A stretch of DNA of 64,000 bases from Dehalococcoidia bacterium. GTDB taxonomy: Bacteria > Chloroflexota > Dehalococcoidia > SM23-28-2 > RBG-16-64-32. A program made the position numbers and the translations under genes. Below the pieces are notes generated by a model. The model did not search any database. It was not told the DNA's origin and worked only from the letters and a program-made list of their open reading frames with translations. Below are positions 60,347 through 64,000 of this stretch, piece by piece. Where the stretch lies: positions 1,312,001 through 1,376,000 of the forward strand of contig CAXXTF010000002.1 of NCBI GenBank assembly GCA_963665775.2. Direction: 5' to 3'. Positions within the stretch are counted from its first letter, which is position 1. Every line of letters starts with the position of its first letter.

Positions 60347-60453
60347 TCACGTTGAACGTACCACCCGATGTTGGCCGTGTCAACGCGGGCACCGCGTCAG
60401 GGAGGGATCGGAGCCATCTTCTGAGGGTGATGCCGATGCTATACTGGGGCTCA

Positions 60454-61011
60454 ATGACACGACCCCCACTCGCCCTCTCACTCGCTGCTGCCCTTCTACT
60501 CGCCCTTGGCACGATCGCTGCGGCCTGCGGCGGAAGCAACCAGGAACTGACCCTCGAGGAGTACTTCCTGCGGTTCGAAGAGCTCGGTGATCGCACCGGC
60601 GAGCAGCTCGAGGCGCTACTGGCGAAGCTTGACGAGGAGCCGGAAACAGAGGAGGAGCGACTCGCTATTTTTCAGGACTGGTTCGCTGCATCCCTCCAGC
60701 TCCAGAGAGACTTCCTGGACGATCTCGACGACATCAATCCGCCGCTGGAGGTGGAAGACGCACACCGGCAACTTCTGGACACCAGAGGGGCACTCATGGA
60801 CACCTTCGCCGATCTATTCGGAGACCTGGAGTCGGCCTCCGAACTGATGGCGGTGTTTTTCGCCGCTCCTGACGGCGAGCTTGTGGCAGCCCGGGAGCGC
60901 AACTACGAGGCCTGTAGCAGGCTACAGGAGATCGCCGACGCCAACGGCTTCGATGTGAGCGTGCGGGATTATTGCGGTCAAGACGAGGCCGGAGACATCA
61001 CGGGCCAGTGA
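60454..61011 (+). CDS. Putative lipoprotein
   Basis: MTRPPLALSLAAALLLALGTIAAAC lipobox; acidic helical domain; TGCTATACT 8 bp upstream. Confidence 0.75.
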   Translation: MTRPPLALSLAAALLLALGTIAAACGGSNQELTLEEYFLRFEELGDRTGEQLEALLAKLDEEPETEEERLAIFQDWFAASLQLQRDFLDDLDDINPPLEVEDAHRQLLDTRGALMDTFADLFGDLESASELMAVFFAAPDGELVAARERNYEACSRLQEIADANGFDVSVRDYCGQDEAGDITGQ

Positions 61012-61047
61012 CCTGGCCGCATCGTTGAGCAGCAGACAGCCAAGGGG

Positions 61048-62091
61048 TTATTCGTCGCTGTCCACCGGGAGCGGCGCTCCCGCGAAGCGATAGGGAGCGA
61101 CTGGCAGGTCGCGCATGGAGAGGAGGCCGCTGACCTCATTGCGCACCACGGCCGGAATGCAGTTGATCATGATGGCAGCGGTGGAGAGCTGGCCCGGAAG
61201 ACCGCCTGGGATGGACAGCTTGATCGGGGGCTTCCCATCGATGTCGATCTCGTCGCGGGGGTTCTCAGGGCTTAAGGACAACTCCAGCCCCAAACGGAGG
61301 ACCTGGCGCCCCGCCATAACACCGCTGACGACGTGGCGCAGACCCTGGACATACCCCTTGCCCACCACGTAGTAGTCGGTTCGCAGGCGGTTGCGGGCCA
61401 GGACTGGCTCCACCGTTTCGCTGATATCGTCCAGAGGCCAGCTCAGGGTATGAGCGATCATGAGGAGGGACTCCCGGAGACCGGGAAGACCGGTGCCACG
61501 GCTACCGAGGAGCTGCCGAAAACCCTCCGGACTCAGGCCGAGGCCCACCGTGTCGCGTAGCTCCAGCGCTCGCGGAGCGACATCCGCGACGCGCGTGACC
61601 CGCACGGCGCTGATCTGGTGACAGGCGGTGGCCAGAAGCAAGGGCAAGGTAGCCATGACGAAGCCGAGGTTAGCGCCGGTGCCCAGGACGGCGACCCCTG
61701 ACTCGCGGGCCAGCCTATCCAGTCGCTGCGAAATGTCGGGGTGTCGAAGCCAGGGGAAGACGAGTTCCGCGCAGTCGGAGATGACGTTCTTCCCGGCCGC
61801 GACGGCCTGGGCGATCTGGGGGTAAGCGGCGGTCAGGCCGGGCACGCCGGTGTGGAGAACGACATCAGCATCGACGCCGCTCAAGACCTGCTCCGGGTCG
61901 TAGGCGATGGTGCTGCCCAGCCTGCGGTCTAGGCCGGCTACTTCGCCCAGATCCCGACCCGCCTTCGCGGGATCGATGGCGGACACGCTATCGATGTGGG
62001 GTTGCTCCAGGACGAGACGCACCACTTCAGCGCCGATAGACCCAACACCGTAATGGATGGCCCGAATCCTTGCTCCCTTAGGGCTCCTCAC
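61048..62091 (-). CDS. DapB-like / 2,4-diaminopentanoate dehydrogenase family NAD(P) oxidoreductase
   Basis: YGVGSIG Rossmann, AKAGRDLGEV, AGKNVIS, GTGANLGF, GGLPGQLSTA. Confidence 0.75.
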   Translation of the reverse strand: MRSPKGARIRAIHYGVGSIGAEVVRLVLEQPHIDSVSAIDPAKAGRDLGEVAGLDRRLGSTIAYDPEQVLSGVDADVVLHTGVPGLTAAYPQIAQAVAAGKNVISDCAELVFPWLRHPDISQRLDRLARESGVAVLGTGANLGFVMATLPLLLATACHQISAVRVTRVADVAPRALELRDTVGLGLSPEGFRQLLGSRGTGLPGLRESLLMIAHTLSWPLDDISETVEPVLARNRLRTDYYVVGKGYVQGLRHVVSGVMAGRQVLRLGLELSLSPENPRDEIDIDGKPPIKLSIPGGLPGQLSTAAIMINCIPAVVRNEVSGLLSMRDLPVAPYRFAGAPLPVDSDE

Positions 62092-62241
62092 CTGTTTGCC
62101 TCAACCTTCTTAATGAGAGAAGTCGCTGCACATGTCGATACCCAATGCCGCTGCGCTATCCCCTAACGGCCAGCGAGAGACGCCCCGAAACACGGAGAGT
62201 CTGAGGGCCAACCGGGAGGGGCCGGCCGCTCTAGACACACT

Positions 62242-62793
62242 CTAGGCACTCTGGAAACGGACGACCGGCCTGGAGCTGACATCGAAATCGAGCCCGGACG
62301 CCCGATAGGCCTCAATGGATTCCCGGTCCACACCCTGGCTCAGCAGCTCCTCAAGGAAAGCCTGAGCCTCATCATCGCTATCGAAAGAGTCGACTTTGAG
62401 CCCGTCACGCTCGTCGTGGTGAACGAGCAAGATGGTCCGGCCGCGCGTCTCAGAATCGGGACTGCGGTCGAGAACCGCATCCGAAAGGCTAGGCGAGAGC
62501 TCCTGCTCGTGGGGATCGCCCAGGCGTCCTACCGACTCGGCCAGGCGCTCGATGTCACTTCCGAGAGTCACGCTTGCGGGCAGGCTCTCTCCATGGCCAT
62601 TGGCGCTAGATACCATACCAGAATCTCCTTCCTCGAGGCCGTCCGTCTCGGCAGCCTGGGCCTCAGCGCTACCCCATTCAGGATGAACGTCAGAGCACCC
62701 ATGGGTGCCGGGACCGCTGGGAATCTCTATCTCGAAACTCCTCGCGTCTCCCACGTCACCGTTGCGCCGATTCTCATCCTTGCCGAACAACAT
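62242..62793 (-). CDS. Hypothetical acidic protein
   Basis: Open frame with GGGGG RBS-like site; disordered N-terminus, compact C-terminal domain; alternative ATG at 62829. Confidence 0.6.
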   Translation of the reverse strand: MLFGKDENRRNGDVGDARSFEIEIPSGPGTHGCSDVHPEWGSAEAQAAETDGLEEGDSGMVSSANGHGESLPASVTLGSDIERLAESVGRLGDPHEQELSPSLSDAVLDRSPDSETRGRTILLVHHDERDGLKVDSFDSDDEAQAFLEELLSQGVDRESIEAYRASGLDFDVSSRPVVRFQSA

Positions 62794-62834
62794 TTGGAAT
62801 CCCCCTTTGCTAACACGGTCTGCTTGCATGTTTT

Positions 62835-62903
62835 ATTATCGGGGGGCTAAGGACAGAAATCAGTTAACTGAACCTAAACCAGGGTGAACATCGGGTAAAT
62901 ATC
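62835..62903 (-). promoter_or_regulatory. Shared promoter motif, copy 2
   Basis: Plus strand CAGTTAAC-N15-GTGAACA-N4-GTAAATATC at 62861-62903; minus-strand GATAAT at 62840-62835. Confidence 0.6.
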
Positions 62904-62931
62904 CGGGTTCGCCGTATCGCTCGGCCGGCCT

Positions 62932-63723
62932 TTATCCCCCCCAGAAACGGTAGAAGTGATGGACGGGGCCGTGACCCTGGCCGATAGGGTAGGAATGGCG
63001 TAGCGCCTCCGTCAGATACTCCTTCGCCCGGCCAACGGCCTCGGGCAGCGGCTCGCCCCGCGCCAGAAAGGCGGCGATAGCGGAGGCGAAGGTGCAGCCG
63101 GTGCCGTGAGTGCCGCTCGTCTGGATGCGAGAGACGGTGTACTCGCGGAAACGCCGTCCGTCGTAGAGAAGGTCCACGGCCGTATCGCCTTCCAGGTGAC
63201 CACCCTTAATCACTACGGCCCGGGCACCCAGGGCCACGATCTCCCTCGCCGCCAGGCGGCGATCAGCCTCTGACGCCACGTCGTGGTCCGTGAGGACGGA
63301 AGCCTCGGGCAGGTTCGGCGTGACGACGTCGGCCAGGGGCAAGAGGAGGTCACGCAGAGCGACCACTGCATCCCCGCGCAGGAGAGAGTCGCCGCTCTCG
63401 GCCACCATTACCGGATCGACGACCAGGTTGGGCAGAGCGTGCTCCTTCACCTTCCGGGCGACCACCTCGATGATCGGAGCGCCGGCCAGCATCCCGGTCT
63501 TTACAGCGTCCGGCCGGATGTCGCTGACGACGGCGTCGATCTGGGCCGCCACGACCTCTGGCGGCAGCTCGTGAACGGCCGTAACGCCCAGGGTGTTCTG
63601 AGCGGTGACGACAGTGATAGCGGAGGTGCCGTAGACCCCCAGGGCGGCGAAGGTCTTGAGGTCGGCCTGAATGCCGGCGCCGGCACCAGAGTCGGAGCCG
63701 GCGATGGTGAGAACAGAGGGCAT
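62932..63723 (-). CDS. thiD: HMP/HMP-P kinase
   Basis: LTIAGSDSGAGAGIQADLKT, KTGML, VDPVM, TPNLPE, THGTGC. Confidence 0.95.
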   Translation of the reverse strand: MPSVLTIAGSDSGAGAGIQADLKTFAALGVYGTSAITVVTAQNTLGVTAVHELPPEVVAAQIDAVVSDIRPDAVKTGMLAGAPIIEVVARKVKEHALPNLVVDPVMVAESGDSLLRGDAVVALRDLLLPLADVVTPNLPEASVLTDHDVASEADRRLAAREIVALGARAVVIKGGHLEGDTAVDLLYDGRRFREYTVSRIQTSGTHGTGCTFASAIAAFLARGEPLPEAVGRAKEYLTEALRHSYPIGQGHGPVHHFYRFWGG

Positions 63724-63894
63724 CGCTACTCCAACGTAGGCGGGCCGGGTTTCGCGGTCAAGCCCGCCGCAGCGGAGTCGCCAGGGCCCTGTTCGCGCCG
63801 CCCATGAATGAGACTGCTGGGCTATAATAGGGCGCTGAAGGAGGCTCAATGTGATCGAGCGACGCCAATTCGCCACGGGAACCCGGAAGAGGAG

Positions 63895-64000
63895 ATGACA
63901 CAGGCGCTTGAGGGGATCCGCGTCCTTGATCTGACCATCTGGCAGCAAGGGCCGGTGGCCACGACGATGCTGGCGGACTGGGGCGCCGACGTCATCAAGA
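63895..64000 (+). CDS. CaiB/BaiF family III CoA-transferase, N-terminus (truncated by window)
   Basis: [35 protein letters not shown]; GAGGAG RBS; TATAAT at 63823-63828. Confidence 0.88.
   Translation, partial: MTQALEGIRVLDLTIWQQGPVATTMLADWGADVIK

Overview
High-GC bacterial chromosomal window, most consistent with Chloroflexota (Dehalococcoidia-like); the taxon is inferred from gene content only. It contains the 3' end of a Tad pilus locus (tadA-tadB-tadC) followed by two paralogous XRE regulators, DUF192 and an unannotated 59-aa SinI-like protein. Next come an ECF sigma factor frameshifted by a 23-bp tandem duplication with its putative anti-sigma, glcDEF, cofGH, a class A PBP with two LysM domains, gatCA, an intact IS1380-family element, argS, recG, degV/fakA, rpmB, rpe and an argCJBDG..argH cluster. 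The rest holds a TetR-headed menFDHBACE operon, a UGA-containing thioredoxin, an MFS transporter, a TPP-riboswitch-controlled thiC-G-E-S-(lipoprotein)-O operon and thiD. The main items not shown by the ORF track are: (1) a candidate Arg-codon leader-peptide attenuator upstream of argC; (2) a SinR/SlrR/SinI-like regulatory trio attached to the Tad operon; (3) a UxxC selenocysteine thioredoxin; (4) a 43-bp promoter motif with identical spacing at two loci about 57 kb apart; (5) a methyltransferase carrying an apparently circularly permuted, inactive alpha/beta-hydrolase domain. All calls come from manual reading; no database searches were run.
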